Shown: positions 11,827-22,976, counted from the stretch's first letter. The stretch is 64,000 nucleotides of DNA from an uncultured Chloroflexia bacterium (GCA_963724295.1 CAVRUC010000009.1:192001-256000), one strand, 5' to 3'. A program made the numbers and translations. Notes: generated by a model not told the origin, from the sequence alone.

Positions 11827-13051
11827 CCGGCTGGCCGGTCGGTGAGACCCGGTCCGGGAACCGTGCTCGCGCTCACCTGGCTCGCGGCTTTCAATCTCCG
11901 CAGCGGGTTCATAGGACTCGGACCGGCGCTCCCGGCGTTGACGGTAGATCTCGGTCTGTCGTTCGCGCAGGCCGGCTTCCTCGTCGCGGTACCGACGCTG
12001 ATGATGGGGGTGATGGCCGTGCCCGGCGGCGGACTGGTCGATCGCTGGGGTCCGTCACCGGTGATCGCCGCCGGACTGGCGCTCGTCGCATTCGGCGGTG
12101 GGTTGCGCGCGGTGGCCCCGGAGTTCGCGCTCCTACTGGCCCTGACCTTCATCTTCGGCGCCGGCATCGGCGTGTCGCAGCCATCGCTGCCGCGGCTAAT
12201 GCGCTCCCGGTTTCCGTTTCGCCTGGGTGTGACGACCGGGATTTACGCCTCGGGATTGATCAGCGGCTCGATCGTCGGCGCCTCGCTCACGGGACCGATT
12301 CTGGATCGAATCGGGGAGCCCGCCGCCTGGCGGCTACCGTTGATGCTCTGGGGCGCGCTGGCCGGTATCGCGCTCCTTACCTGGACGATCGTGATGCGTC
12401 CCTGGCGTGCCGAGCCTGTCGCCGTTGGGATCCTCGCTGCGCCACAGGGCGACGGCGGCCGCAACATGGTCGCCCTGGCGGGATCCCCGGGCCTGGATCA
12501 GCGCGTCGCTCTTCGCCACCCAGGGCATCGTCTACTACCTGCTGGTTGCCTGGCTCCCCGCCATCTACGGTGAGGCGGGGATCAGCGCCACCACGACCGC
12601 CGGCCTCTTCACCGTCTTCAATGCCGCGACGCTGCCGGCGATCCTGCTCTTTCCGAGCTGGTCGGACCGGATCCGTCGTCGCCGGCCGCCGACTCTGGTG
12701 GCTGCCTTGCTCGTCCTGATCGGGGTGTTGGGGCTGCTGGTGTTGCCGCTGGCCGATCCCTGGCGCTGGCTGTGGCCGGCGTTGGCCGGGGCTGGAATCT
12801 CGGGCGCCTTCGCCATGGCGCTCGTCCTGCCGGCCGACGTCGCGCCCCCTGGCCGTACCGGTGCGGCGGCGGGTATGGTCCTGGGCATCGGTTACGCGGC
12901 GGCGGCGTTGGGTCCGGTCATTGCCGGAGGCGTGCGGGATATCACCGGATCGTTCGATCTGACGTTGCGCCTGCTCCCGGTCATTGCGGGCGCCATGGTC
13001 GTCCTCTCGGCAATCGCGCCCGAGCTCCCGCCCTCGCGAATCGACGAATGA
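11823..13051 (+). CDS. CynX/NimT-like MFS transporter (frameshifts ~11843, ~12466)
   Basis: AFNLR....GLGP.LP, TTGIY, Y.L.AWLP.IY...G, GIGY..AALGP..AG..RD.TGSF. Confidence 0.85.
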
Positions 13052-13082
13052 AAACGGTGATCCAGAGCGTATTTAGGAGGTC

Positions 13083-14225
13083 GTGGCAAAGACGATGAAC
13101 GATTCAGCGCCCAGACAGCGGCTGCGGGATCTCGGGGTGACGATCGGGCGCATCCCCACGGGAGCCCACAACGCGATCACGGACGTTGCGGGCGTGCGCG
13201 TCGGGCACGCCACCATCGTTTCCGGTGAGGGACCGCTCAAGGTCGGAGAAGGTCCCATCCGCACCGGGGTGACCGTGATCGTGCCGCACGCGGGAGATAT
13301 CGCCGCCGAGCCACTCTTTGCCGGCTACCACGTCCTCAACGGCAATGGCGAGATGACCGGGGTTCTCTGGGTCAAAGAGTCGGGCATGCTGACCTCGCCT
13401 ATCGCCATTACCAACACGCACAGTGTCGGCGTCGTCCGAGACGCGTTGATCAGCTACGAGGTCCAGTGCACCAAGCGGCTGAAGGCGGGCTGGAGCCTGC
13501 CGGTGGTGGCCGAGACCTACGACGGCTGGCTCAACGACATCAACGGCATGCACGTCAAACCGGAACATGTCTGGGAGGCGCTCGACGCGGCGTCAGACGG
13601 CCCGGTGGCCGAGGGCTGCGTCGGTGGCGGCACCGGCATGATCTGCCACGAGTTCAAAGGGGGCATCGGGACATCCTCCCGGGTACTGTCTGAAGCGGAT
13701 GGCGGCTGGACGGTCGGCGTGCTGGTGCAGGCCAACTACGGCGCGCGTCACCTGCTCCGTATCGACGGCGTGCCGGTCGGCGAGCTGATCCCCTGTTCGG
13801 AGGTACCGGGTTTCCGCGAAGAACGCGCGCGACTCGAGCAGCAGGAGCCCGGTGACGGCTCGATCATCATCGTCGTCGCCACCGACGCCCCGCTCCTGCC
13901 CCACCAGTGCCAGCGGCTGGCGCAACGCGCCACCATCGGACTGGCCCGCGTTGGCGGTATCGGCGCCAACTCCTCCGGTGACATCTTCCTCGCCTTCGCC
14001 ACGGGCAACCGCGATCTGCCCGCGGCTGAAGGTAATGCTCCCTTGATCGCGTCCTGCCGCATGGTCGCCAACGACCGCGTGACCCCGCTCTTCGAAGCCT
14101 GCGCCGAAGCGACCGAGGAAGCGATCCTCAACGCGCTCTGTATGGCCACGACCACGACCGGTATCGAAGGGCGCACCATGCACGCCTTGCCGCTGCACCG
14201 CGTGCGGGAGATCTGCGCGACGTAG
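13083..14225 (+). CDS. DmpA/P1 family (S58) aminopeptidase
   Basis: NAITDV.GV.VGH, NGNGEMTG, TNTHSVG, PVVAETYDG.LNDI, EG.VGGGTGM...FKGGIG, GDG/SIII autoproteolysis site. Confidence 0.9.
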   Translation: MAKTMNDSAPRQRLRDLGVTIGRIPTGAHNAITDVAGVRVGHATIVSGEGPLKVGEGPIRTGVTVIVPHAGDIAAEPLFAGYHVLNGNGEMTGVLWVKESGMLTSPIAITNTHSVGVVRDALISYEVQCTKRLKAGWSLPVVAETYDGWLNDINGMHVKPEHVWEALDAASDGPVAEGCVGGGTGMICHEFKGGIGTSSRVLSEADGGWTVGVLVQANYGARHLLRIDGVPVGELIPCSEVPGFREERARLEQQEPGDGSIIIVVATDAPLLPHQCQRLAQRATIGLARVGGIGANSSGDIFLAFATGNRDLPAAEGNAPLIASCRMVANDRVTPLFEACAEATEEAILNALCMATTTTGIEGRTMHALPLHRVREICAT

Positions 14226-14234
14226 GTTCGAGGA

Positions 14235-14335
14235 GGGTGGCGGGGTGGCAGGGTGGCAGGACGAACGATTTCTCGACCCCCTGTCACCCTGCCACCACGA
14301 GCGGAGCGAGTAAACACCCAGCCACCCTATCACCC
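14235..14335. repeat. octamer-built palindromic element (GGGTGGCA...TGCCACCC) with GCCACCACGAGCGRAGCGAGTA core
   Basis: Core at 14291-14312; related copies at 41175-41255, 43210-43420, 48038-48115 and 50165-50250. Confidence 0.75.
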
Positions 14336-15388
14336 CGCTTCACCCTCAACCAGAGTGACTGCCGTCTCGATCGGCACGTAGCGGCGGAGGAGGCGCAGGG
14401 GAACGGTGCTGCCGATCTCGACTCGTCCCAGGAAGCGTTGCAGATCGTCGACGCCGCTCAACGGCGAATCGCCCAGGTGGGTGATCACGTCCCTCGGCTC
14501 GATCCCGGCGGCTTGCGCCGGGCTTCCCTCCGCCACGCCAACCACGCCGACGGCCAGCGCCGAGGGCAGCCCGTGCTCTCGCGCCACCCGGACGTGAATC
14601 GGGCGATTCTCGGCGGTCACCCCGAGGAAGGCGCGGCGGACGCGACCCTCGTTGATGAGCAGCCCCGCGACCCACCGCGCGGTATTGACCGGCACCGCGA
14701 AGCAAATCCCTTGCGCACCCTGGATAATGGCCGTGTTGATGCCCACCACCCGCCCGCGCGAGTCGACCAGCGGACCGCCCGAGTTACCGGGATTCAACGC
14801 GGCGTCGGTCTGGATGACGTTTTCGATGAGCCGCCCGCTACTCGACCGCAGCGAGCGGCCGAGCGCCGAGACGACCCCGGCTGTCACCGTCGCCTGAAAC
14901 CCGAGCGGGTTGCCGATGGCGATAACGAGCTGTCCCGGTTTGAGACTGTCGGAATCGCCGAGTCGGGCCGCGGGAAGACCGCCGGCGGTTGTCTGGATGA
15001 CCGCCAGATCGGTCGCCGGATCGTCGCCGATGACGCGCGCCGGGAAGGTCCGCCCGTCGGCGAGGGTCACTTCCAGACTCTTCGCGTCGTGGACGACGTG
15101 GCTGTTCGAAAGGATGTAGCCGTCCGGCGCGATGACGACGCCTGATCCACCGCCCGGTACGGTGTAGACGCGCTGACCGGCCGGCCCCTGGGCCGTGACG
15201 TCCTTCTCGATCGCGATGTTGACGACCGAGGGACCGACGCGCTCGGCGACGGCGACCACGGCCGCGGAGTAGGCATCGAGCACCGCCTCCGCCTCTTCGT
15301 CAGAGAGGCGAGCGGTGGACGCGCCTTCCTCGTCACTGGCAATCGTCGGTTCGACGAGATCGGTATCGACATGAGTCCCGAGGACCAT
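14330..15388 (-). CDS. HtrA/DegP-like trypsin protease with PDZ domain
   Basis: GSGVVI..DGYILSNSHVV, DLAVI, AIGNPLG, IQTDAALNPGNSGGPL, C-terminal PDZ. Confidence 0.92.
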   Translation of the reverse strand: MVLGTHVDTDLVEPTIASDEEGASTARLSDEEAEAVLDAYSAAVVAVAERVGPSVVNIAIEKDVTAQGPAGQRVYTVPGGGSGVVIAPDGYILSNSHVVHDAKSLEVTLADGRTFPARVIGDDPATDLAVIQTTAGGLPAARLGDSDSLKPGQLVIAIGNPLGFQATVTAGVVSALGRSLRSSSGRLIENVIQTDAALNPGNSGGPLVDSRGRVVGINTAIIQGAQGICFAVPVNTARWVAGLLINEGRVRRAFLGVTAENRPIHVRVAREHGLPSALAVGVVGVAEGSPAQAAGIEPRDVITHLGDSPLSGVDDLQRFLGRVEIGSTVPLRLLRRYVPIETAVTLVEGEAG

Positions 15389-15637
15389 GAGCTCATTCTC
15401 CCTGAATGTACTGGACATAAATGAATTCTCGGAGATGGGCGGCTGACAGACCGCTCCCACCATGGGCAGTCATCGTCCTGCCCAATCGGCTAGGTCACGC
15501 GGCAACGCAGACGCGAGCGAGCGGCTAAGGCATACCGCTGAGCTCGGCAGGCAGGGTCGCGGCACTTGTGTAAAGATCAGCGCGCTTGACGAACGCACCC
15601 GGGTGTTTGTCTGCTGAACGATGACCGAGGAGACGTC

Positions 15638-17311
15638 ATGTCAGAGATCAAGGGATCCCGCGATGCGCGACGGACGCCGCTGACTCGCCGCACCATGTTG
15701 AAGGGCGCCGCGGCGGCCGGTCTGGTCGCGCCAATTTCCGGTTTCGTCGAGCCGTCCCGCGTGCAGGCGGCGGTGGCACGCCAGGAGGGGAATGGCACGA
15801 CGCTGATCGTCGGGCTCGACGGGTCGCCGTCCGACCTCGACCCGCACTCGCAATACGACTACCGCTCGACGTCGGTGGTGCGCTCGATCTATGAGGGTCT
15901 GGTCGGGTTGGTAGGCAGCGCCACCGACGAGTTCGAGGGACTCGTGGCCGAGAGCTGGGAGGCGAATGAGGACCAGAGCGTTTGGACCTTCAAGATCCGC
16001 CCCGAGCTCACCTTCCAAGATGGCTCGCCCTGCGACAGCGCGGCGGTGAAGGCGTCCTATGAGCGGCTGTTGGGAATGAACCGCGGCGCTGTCGCCGTCT
16101 TCTCAAGGTTCATCTCCGATCCCGCTCAGATGAGCACGCCGGATCCGGCGACCATTGTCTTCGACTGCGGCACTCCACAACCTCTCTTCCTCACCGCGCT
16201 CGCCTCGACCTACGGTCCGCAGATCGTCAACGCCAAAGTCGCCATGGAGCATGAAGAGGACGGCGACTTCGGCAATACCTGGCTGCAGTTGAACGCTGAG
16301 GGAACAGGTAGCGGCGGCTGGAAGCTCGTTTCGTTCGAACCGGGGCAAGAGGTCATCCTGGAACGGAACGAGAGCTACTGGCGCGGCTGGGAAGGTAATC
16401 ACTTCGAGCGGATCATCATCCGCGTGGTCGAAGAGGTTTCGACGATGCGCCAGCTCGTCGAAAGTGGTGACGTCGATATCATGGACCGCTTCGGCATATC
16501 GTACGACGAGATCGATGCGTTGAAGGAAGTACCGACTCTCATGGTCGATATCTCGGACAGCACCGAGGTCGAATATTTCTCGATGACCGAGGCGGGTCCG
16601 TTGGCCTCGCCCGAGGCGCGGCAGGCGATGTGCTACGCCTATCCCTATCAGGAAGTCATTGACGGTGTCTACAGCGGCTACGCGTCGCGGGCAAACAGCC
16701 TCGTCGCCCCGTCCGTCCTTGGCTACCAGGAGGACGGATTCTTCTTCGAAACCGACCTTGAGAAGGCAAAAGAGTTGCTTGCTGCCGCAGGAGTTGCAGA
16801 GGGGACGGAACTCACCCTGCTTCAGGCTACGGGTTCGAACCCGGCAATGGCTGAGCTCTTCCAGGCCAACCTGGCCGAGATCGGGATCACGTTGGCGATC
16901 GAGCCGGTCGACCAGGGAACTCGCGCGGCAACCTTCTACGGTGACACGCCGGCGGAAGAACGCCCGAATTTCATGCTCTGGAGTTGGTGGCCAGACTACA
17001 ACGACGCCTGGAATGTGCTCTATCCAACGACCTCCTGCGATTCCTGGGGATCGAAAGGGGCCAACGGCGGCTTTTATTGCAATGAGGAGGTCGACGCTTT
17101 GCTCGAGGAAGCAAAGAACGCCGCGACGCTCGAGGAGTACACCCAGGTTCTGGACGAAGTGCAGACCATCATCACCGAGCAGGACCCGCCCGATATTTGC
17201 TCGTCGCAGCCGAAATGGCCGACGGTGCTGCAAGCCAACATCGAAGGATTCGCCTTCAATCCCATCAACCTCGGCACCTACGACTTCTGGACACTCTCCC
17301 GGAAGGCGTAG
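15638..17311 (+). CDS. ABC transporter substrate-binding protein family 5 (peptide/nickel type), Tat-exported
   Basis: TRRTMLK Tat motif; LDP, IYEGLV, AESWE, F.DGSP, GSG.WKL. Confidence 0.88.
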   Translation: MSEIKGSRDARRTPLTRRTMLKGAAAAGLVAPISGFVEPSRVQAAVARQEGNGTTLIVGLDGSPSDLDPHSQYDYRSTSVVRSIYEGLVGLVGSATDEFEGLVAESWEANEDQSVWTFKIRPELTFQDGSPCDSAAVKASYERLLGMNRGAVAVFSRFISDPAQMSTPDPATIVFDCGTPQPLFLTALASTYGPQIVNAKVAMEHEEDGDFGNTWLQLNAEGTGSGGWKLVSFEPGQEVILERNESYWRGWEGNHFERIIIRVVEEVSTMRQLVESGDVDIMDRFGISYDEIDALKEVPTLMVDISDSTEVEYFSMTEAGPLASPEARQAMCYAYPYQEVIDGVYSGYASRANSLVAPSVLGYQEDGFFFETDLEKAKELLAAAGVAEGTELTLLQATGSNPAMAELFQANLAEIGITLAIEPVDQGTRAATFYGDTPAEERPNFMLWSWWPDYNDAWNVLYPTTSCDSWGSKGANGGFYCNEEVDALLEEAKNAATLEEYTQVLDEVQTIITEQDPPDICSSQPKWPTVLQANIEGFAFNPINLGTYDFWTLSRKA

Positions 17312-17331
17312 CGGGGTTCGCGGAGAACGAG

Positions 17332-17364
17332 ATGCGGCCGCCCCTGAATGAGGGGCGGCCGCAT
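17332..17364. terminator. bidirectional hairpin between convergent genes
   Basis: 14-bp perfect stem ATGCGGCCGCCCCT / AGGGGCGGCCGCAT. Confidence 0.7.
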
Positions 17365-17388
17365 TCACTCGGGATTGATTACGGTGGC

Positions 17389-18183
17389 TTACGCTGCCGG
17401 TTCGGCCGGTGCCTCGCCTTCAGTCACCGGCGCCTCGCCCTCGGCCGCTGGCTCGGTGAGGATCTCGGTTCCGGGTTCAACCGTGGCGTCGGGTTCCGCC
17501 GCCTCGCCGGCTGCCGCGTCGTCGGCGGCTGGCTCGGCCGCGGCCGCATCCGCGGGGGCTGGCTCCGCCGCGGCCTCATCGGTAGCCGCGGCCGGCGACG
17601 GGGGTCGCAACGCGAGGGTGAGTACACCTCCGGCGCCCCCTTCGTCCCGGGAGACGAAGGTCCCGGTGCCGAAGTAGTTCTGGTAGGTGCCGTCCAGACC
17701 CGAGAGCTGCATGACCAGGGTAGCGGGCCGGGCGCCTTCGAAATCGTCCAGCCAGGTCCAGCGCTCGATGACCCCGTCAGGCCGTGGATAGGTTTCGAAG
17801 GTCGTATTGCCGACGACGACGGTCGGTACCCCTTCCTCGGGGAAGTCGACGGTTCCGACAGCTGCCGCGCCCTGTTGCGGGCGAGCGACGAAACCCGCGT
17901 CGGTCGCCAGCGGGTACAGCTCGATGATGTCCTGGTTCGCGGCGTTCTGATACCAGAGCACGAGCGTGACGACGTCGGTTTCCACAGGCGGCACTGGGGT
18001 CCCCGCCGGCACTGCCGTTAGCTCTGGCGGTGCCTGGGTAGGCTGGATCTCGATGACCTCGGGTGTTCCGGCCGCGGGGCTTGCATCCTGCCAGGCGGCC
18101 GCGGAGGGCACGCCGACTATGCCGGCTAGCAGCAGGATCGCGATGATCAGGAGGCCTGGCGCCGTGATTCCGGGTTGTCGCAT
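17389..18183 (-). CDS. secreted hypothetical protein with acidic Ala/Glu/Pro-rich tail
   Basis: Signal peptide ending AAA-WQDASPAAGTP; low-complexity C-terminus. Confidence 0.65.
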   Translation of the reverse strand: MRQPGITAPGLLIIAILLLAGIVGVPSAAAWQDASPAAGTPEVIEIQPTQAPPELTAVPAGTPVPPVETDVVTLVLWYQNAANQDIIELYPLATDAGFVARPQQGAAAVGTVDFPEEGVPTVVVGNTTFETYPRPDGVIERWTWLDDFEGARPATLVMQLSGLDGTYQNYFGTGTFVSRDEGGAGGVLTLALRPPSPAAATDEAAAEPAPADAAAAEPAADDAAAGEAAEPDATVEPGTEILTEPAAEGEAPVTEGEAPAEPAA

Positions 18184-18536
18184 CCAAAACTCCTCTTCAC
18201 TCGCGTCCCGGACGGACGTGTGCGAACCCTCGCATGGGTACGGCCCTTGGGTCAAGGCTCCAATCGCCGCGTGCCGTCATGCAGCGCGGTGCTAGTACGC
18301 GGAAATCGGGGAGAGAGGATGCCGATAGCGGTCCCCGGGAACGGGTCGGACCTGACCGGTCAACGAGCACAGGCGACCACCGCCAGCCGCCAGCAAGGCA
18401 TGAGCGCCGCCATGTGCCGCGCGTCTGTTGGCGTGGCCGGCGAGTCCGGACGCGGGATGGCTGTCTGGCTCGGTCATCCACTCGCAAGGAGGAACTATTC
18501 GTGGCCAGCGCCGCATCGGGCCGACACGCTGCCGCA

Positions 18537-18545
18537 TGGTATGAT
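18537..18545 (+). promoter_or_regulatory. extended -10 promoter upstream of fabD
   Basis: TG-G-TATGAT about 65 bp before the fabD start. Confidence 0.4.
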
Positions 18546-18611
18546 CAGCAGATTGTGGCGCGATGACGCCGTTTTTTGGCGCCTGCCACTGGGCAAAGGA
18601 CAACGGGTAGA

Positions 18612-19568
18612 GTGGATTCGCTGACAGGCAAGATAGCGCTGGTGTTCCCCGGACAGGGTAGCCAGTTCGTTGGCATGGGCAAGGCGCTCTATGACGCCTC
18701 GGCCGCGGCGCGGCGTGTGTTCGATCAAGCCGACGAGGTCCTCGGGTTCCCGCTCTCCCGGCTCTGCTTTCAGGGTCCCTCCGACGAGCTCGAAGACACG
18801 ATCAACGCGCAACCTGCAATCCTCACCGTCAGCATCGCGGCGTTGGAAGCGCTCAGGGAGCGTCTCGCCGAAGCCGGAAAGCAGATCGATCCAACCGTGG
18901 TCGCCGGTCACTCCCTCGGCGAGTTCACCGCGCTCATCGCCGCTGGTGTGATGGATTTCCCCTCCGGGTTGCAGCTCGTCCGGGAGCGTGGCCGCCTCAT
19001 GAAGGAGGCGGGTGAGGAGAACCCTGGCGGTATGGCCGCGGTGATCGGTCTGGACGTCGATACGCTGGCGGCCGTCTGTCACGACGCGTCAAATGGGGGC
19101 GTCATCACCGTCGCCAACGACAACTGTCCTGGACAGACGGTGATTTCGGGCGAGCTTGCCGCACTCCTGCGGGCGATGGAGATGGCCAAGGCCCGTGGCG
19201 CCAAGCGGGTGGCACGACTCGGTATCAGTATCGCCTCGCACTCACCCCTGATGGCTCGCGCCTCGGCGAGTCTGAGGGACATCATGAACCGGCTGCCGCT
19301 TGGCGCCCCTCAGATTCCGGTCGTGGCCAACGTTACCGCGACGGCGATGCTCACCGTCGAGGATGTGCGCCAGGAACTGGCGCACCATGTGGAGCGCCCG
19401 GTGAACTGGACGCGGTCGGTAGGGGAGATGGTCAACAGCGGCGCGACCACTTTCATCGAGGTCGGGCCTGGTCAGGTGCTCTCCGGGCTCATCCGGCGCA
19501 TCAACCGGGACGTCACCACGCTCAGCCTGACCGATCTTGGTCTGCCGGCCGACGAGCGGAATAGCTGA
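18612..19568 (+). CDS. fabD: ACP S-malonyltransferase
   Basis: FPGQGSQ..GMG, AQPAI, AGHSLGE, ANDNCPGQ.VISG, ASHSPLM, EVGPG.VL. Confidence 0.95.
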   Translation: MDSLTGKIALVFPGQGSQFVGMGKALYDASAAARRVFDQADEVLGFPLSRLCFQGPSDELEDTINAQPAILTVSIAALEALRERLAEAGKQIDPTVVAGHSLGEFTALIAAGVMDFPSGLQLVRERGRLMKEAGEENPGGMAAVIGLDVDTLAAVCHDASNGGVITVANDNCPGQTVISGELAALLRAMEMAKARGAKRVARLGISIASHSPLMARASASLRDIMNRLPLGAPQIPVVANVTATAMLTVEDVRQELAHHVERPVNWTRSVGEMVNSGATTFIEVGPGQVLSGLIRRINRDVTTLSLTDLGLPADERNS

Positions 19569-19624
19569 CCCCGCGCTCACCGACGGCGACTCGTCCAGGG
19601 ACACTCGAGAGAGAGGGAGAAATC

Positions 19625-20863
19625 GTGAAACGGGTCGTGGTGACCGGGCTGGGAGCAGTCTCACCGCTCGGCATCGGTGTCCCCGCGCTATGGGGAGGAC
19701 TGGTCGCTGGACGTTCCGGCGTTCGTCGTATCCAGCATTTCGACACCGAGAATCTTACGGTCAAGATCGCCGGCGAGGTTCCTGACTTCGATCCCAAAGC
19801 GTTCATGGACCCCAAATCGGTTCGCCGCATGGACCGCTTCGCTCATTTCGCGATCGCCGGCACCCGCGAGGCGCTTGCGGACGCGAAGCTGGAGATCACC
19901 GACGAGAACAGTGACCGGGTGGCGGTGGTGATGAACACCGGCGGCGGCGGCATCCCGACCATCGAGAGCAACGTCACCGCCATGGCCCTGCACGGCCCCT
20001 CGCGCGTCGGGCCGCTGGTGATTCCCATGTTCGCCCCGAATATGGCGAGCAGTCAGGTCTCGATCGCCTATGGCATCCATGGGCCCACCATCACCTCGGC
20101 GGCAGCCTGCGCCTCCGGAGTGCAGGCGTTTGTCGATGCGGTCCGTCTGCTGCAAGCCGGCGACGCGGATGTCGCCGTCACCGGGGGCACAGAGGCGGGG
20201 ATCACCCCGGTCGCGTTGACGAGTCTGGCCAACATGCACGCCCTGTCGCGACGGAACGATGATCCAGAGGGTGCTTCACGGCCGTTCGACCGCGAGCGCG
20301 ATGGTTTCGTCTTCGGGGAGGGCGCGGGCGTGCTGATCATCGAGACCGAGGAGCACGCCGTTCGCCGTGGCGCCTCGGTCTATGCCGAAGCGCTCGGCGG
20401 CGCGCTGACCTCCGATGCGTTCCATCTCACCGCGCCGGAGCCGACTGGACGCGGCGCCCGCATGGCGATGACCAACGCCCTCAAGCGGGCAGGGATGGAG
20501 CCGCACGAGCTGGATTACATCGCCGCCCACGCGACCGCCACGCAAATCGGCGACATCGCGGAGACGCTTGCGATCAAGGATGCTCTGGGCGGCCACGCGC
20601 GCACGGTCGCCATCTCGGCGAACAAGTCGATGATCGGTCATCTGCTGGGGGCTGCCGGTGCCATCTCGGCCGTCGCCTGTGTGCTGGCGATCCGTGACGG
20701 CGTGGTGCCGCCGACGATCAATCTCGACCATCAGGACCCGGACTGCGACCTCGACTACGTGCCGCACATGGCCCGCAAGCTGCCCGTGCGTGCGGCGATG
20801 GTCAACGGCTTCGGCTTCGGCGGCCAGAACGCCTCGACCATCTTCCGCCGATTCGACGGATAG
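19625..20863 (+). CDS. fabF: beta-ketoacyl-ACP synthase II
   Basis: RVVVTGLG..SPLG, AACASG, SRPFD..RDGFV.GEGAG, AHATAT..GD..E, KSMIGHLLGAAG, FGFGGQN. Confidence 0.95.
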   Translation: MKRVVVTGLGAVSPLGIGVPALWGGLVAGRSGVRRIQHFDTENLTVKIAGEVPDFDPKAFMDPKSVRRMDRFAHFAIAGTREALADAKLEITDENSDRVAVVMNTGGGGIPTIESNVTAMALHGPSRVGPLVIPMFAPNMASSQVSIAYGIHGPTITSAAACASGVQAFVDAVRLLQAGDADVAVTGGTEAGITPVALTSLANMHALSRRNDDPEGASRPFDRERDGFVFGEGAGVLIIETEEHAVRRGASVYAEALGGALTSDAFHLTAPEPTGRGARMAMTNALKRAGMEPHELDYIAAHATATQIGDIAETLAIKDALGGHARTVAISANKSMIGHLLGAAGAISAVACVLAIRDGVVPPTINLDHQDPDCDLDYVPHMARKLPVRAAMVNGFGFGGQNASTIFRRFDG

Positions 20864-20866
20864 CCG

Positions 20867-21244
20867 CTACCCGGCGGGGATCAAACCGTTGTCCCGGAAC
20901 CGGGCAAATCCCGCCGCCGTCAGCGTGTCCAATTCTCCAAACAGCGCCTCATCTGGACGCGTGAAGTTGAAACACGACTTGCCCTGCATTCGCTTTCGCA
21001 GCTCAGGACTCATCCCGTCCAGCAAGTCGGGGTGGACGTAGACCGGCATGAGATAGAAGCTGACATAACGCTTCCCGATCTTGACCGCGCCAAAGAAGAG
21101 ACCGCTTGGATAGGTGGCGGACGGAGGGGTCTCCAGGTAGAGATTCCCCGGTTCGTCGGACTTGGCAAGGAGCGTCGATCGATAGGGAGCGAAAATGGCA
21201 GCCAGACCATCGAACACCGCGGTCGGTTGAGCGTCGTCAGTCAT
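20867..21244 (-). CDS. DUF1801-like hypothetical protein
   Basis: FFGAV..GK.YVSFYLMPVY..P.LL...SPELRKRMQGKSCFNF. Confidence 0.65.
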   Translation of the reverse strand: MTDDAQPTAVFDGLAAIFAPYRSTLLAKSDEPGNLYLETPPSATYPSGLFFGAVKIGKRYVSFYLMPVYVHPDLLDGMSPELRKRMQGKSCFNFTRPDEALFGELDTLTAAGFARFRDNGLIPAG

Positions 21245-21791
21245 CCTCGGCCCCTTTGTATCCCAGCGCAGTGATGAACTCCCCTTTTTTCTCGGCATAG
21301 TCGTCACCATCGCGGACCCCGGCGTCGAGGATGGCGCGCTTGGCGGCAACATACGCCGCTACCAGGCTCGGATCGGCCCGCAGCCGGTCCCGAAAACCGC
21401 GCAGCTCGGCCGTCTCTGGACCGCTTTCCGGCACGACATGGACGTGGAGCAAGAATGTCTCGCCGTCGTGGTCGACGGCCCCCATCCGCATCGGCCGCGA
21501 CTCAGGGAACGGGTCGCGATTCCGCTGCCGCCCGAACCCGAGCGTGAAGAGCGCGTCATTGATAGCGCCGAGGTGCGAATCGTCGCGATAGGGAATGACG
21601 AGATCGAGATAGCCCTTGCCGGCGCAGCCAGGCACGGAGCTACTCCCGACGTGCTCGATCGCCGTATCCGGTAATCGATCGGCGATCAAGGCCACCACGC
21701 GCGCCGCGACCTCCGGCGCCAGCGGGTTCCACGGCCGCAGTTCCGGCGGCGGCGACGGGTACGGGAAGGGGCGGATCGGCGCCTCGCCCAC
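21237..21791 (-). CDS. GrpB family protein
   Basis: IEHVGSSSVPG..GK..LDL, HVHV, FRDRLR.D......Y...K, Y...K..FI. Confidence 0.85.
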   Translation of the reverse strand: MGEAPIRPFPYPSPPPELRPWNPLAPEVAARVVALIADRLPDTAIEHVGSSSVPGCAGKGYLDLVIPYRDDSHLGAINDALFTLGFGRQRNRDPFPESRPMRMGAVDHDGETFLLHVHVVPESGPETAELRGFRDRLRADPSLVAAYVAAKRAILDAGVRDGDDYAEKKGEFITALGYKGAEDD

Positions 21792-21799
21792 GGCGGCGA

Positions 21800-22976
21800 C
21801 TAACGCATAGCTGTCGCGGGTACGACCACCTCGAGGGCCTGCTTCAGATCGCCGACGAGATCGGCCTCGTTCTCGATGCCGACGGAGAGGCGCAGCAGCG
21901 TGTCCTCGACTTCGGCCTGAGTACCCGCCACGCTGGCGTGCGTCATTTGCCCCGGGTGCTCGATCAGTGACTCCACACCGCCGAGGCTGACGGCGAGCTG
22001 AAAGATCCGCGTGCTGCGCGCGACTTCCGCCGCTGTCTGGAAATCGCCGCGCACGGTGAAGGAGACCATCCCGGAGAAATCGCGCATCTGACGGGCCGCG
22101 ACCTCGTGACCGCGGTGGTCGGCGAGTCCGGGGTAGTAGACCTGACGTACCGCCGGATGTTCCCGCAGGAACTCCGCGACGGCGAGCGCATTGCGGCTGT
22201 GCCGCTCCATCCGCACGGGCAGTGTCTTGATGCCGCGCAGCACGAGCCAGCAGTCGAACGGACCTGGCACCGCGCCGCCCGCATTCTGATGGAACTTGAG
22301 CGTCTCGTAGATCTCCGGGTCGTTGCCGACCACGACACCGCCGACGACGTCGGCGTGACCGCCGAGGTACTTGGTGCTGGAGTGCAGGACGAGATCAGCT
22401 CCCAATGCCAGCGGATTTTGCAGATACGGCGAGGCAAAGGTGTTGTCGACCACCAGCAGCGCCTGGTGATGTCGAATCAAGATCCGCCACGCCCCGGATA
22501 TCGACGATCTTGAGATAGGGGTTCGTCGGGGTCTCCGCCCAGATGAGACGGGTCTCGGGCCGGATGGCGGCGCGAACTGCCTCCAGGTCGCTCATGTCGA
22601 CCAGGGTGTAGTCGATCCCGTAACGGCTGATGACCCTAGCCACGAAGCGATGAGTGCCGCCGTAGGCGTCGTCGGTAAGGATGATGTGGTCGCCGGGGGC
22701 CAGCAGGTACGAAATGTTCTGAGTTCCGGCCAGACCGCTGGCGTAGGCAAGTCCCCAGGCCGCCCCTTCGAGCGAGGCCACCACGTCCTGCAACGCGGTG
22801 CGCGTTGGGTTGTGGGTGCGGCCGTACTCGTACGTGCCCAGCTCGTCGATCCCCTTCTGCACGAAGGTGCTCGTCTGGTAGATCGGGGTGGTGATCGCGC
22901 CCGTGGTGGGATCGGGCTCCTGCCCGGCGTGGATAGCGCGCGTCTCGAAAGCGGTCTCTTGCCAATCGGCGGTCAT
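21800..22976 (-). CDS. cystathionine gamma-lyase/gamma-synthase (Cys/Met PLP family; frameshift ~22480)
   Basis: [59 protein letters not shown]. Confidence 0.92.

Noticed and set aside
18184..18611. 430-bp intergenic region as a riboswitch or leader peptide upstream of fabD
   Set aside because: No recognisable aptamer; the short GTG ORF after AAGGAGG has no telling features; divergent promoters are enough to explain the gap.
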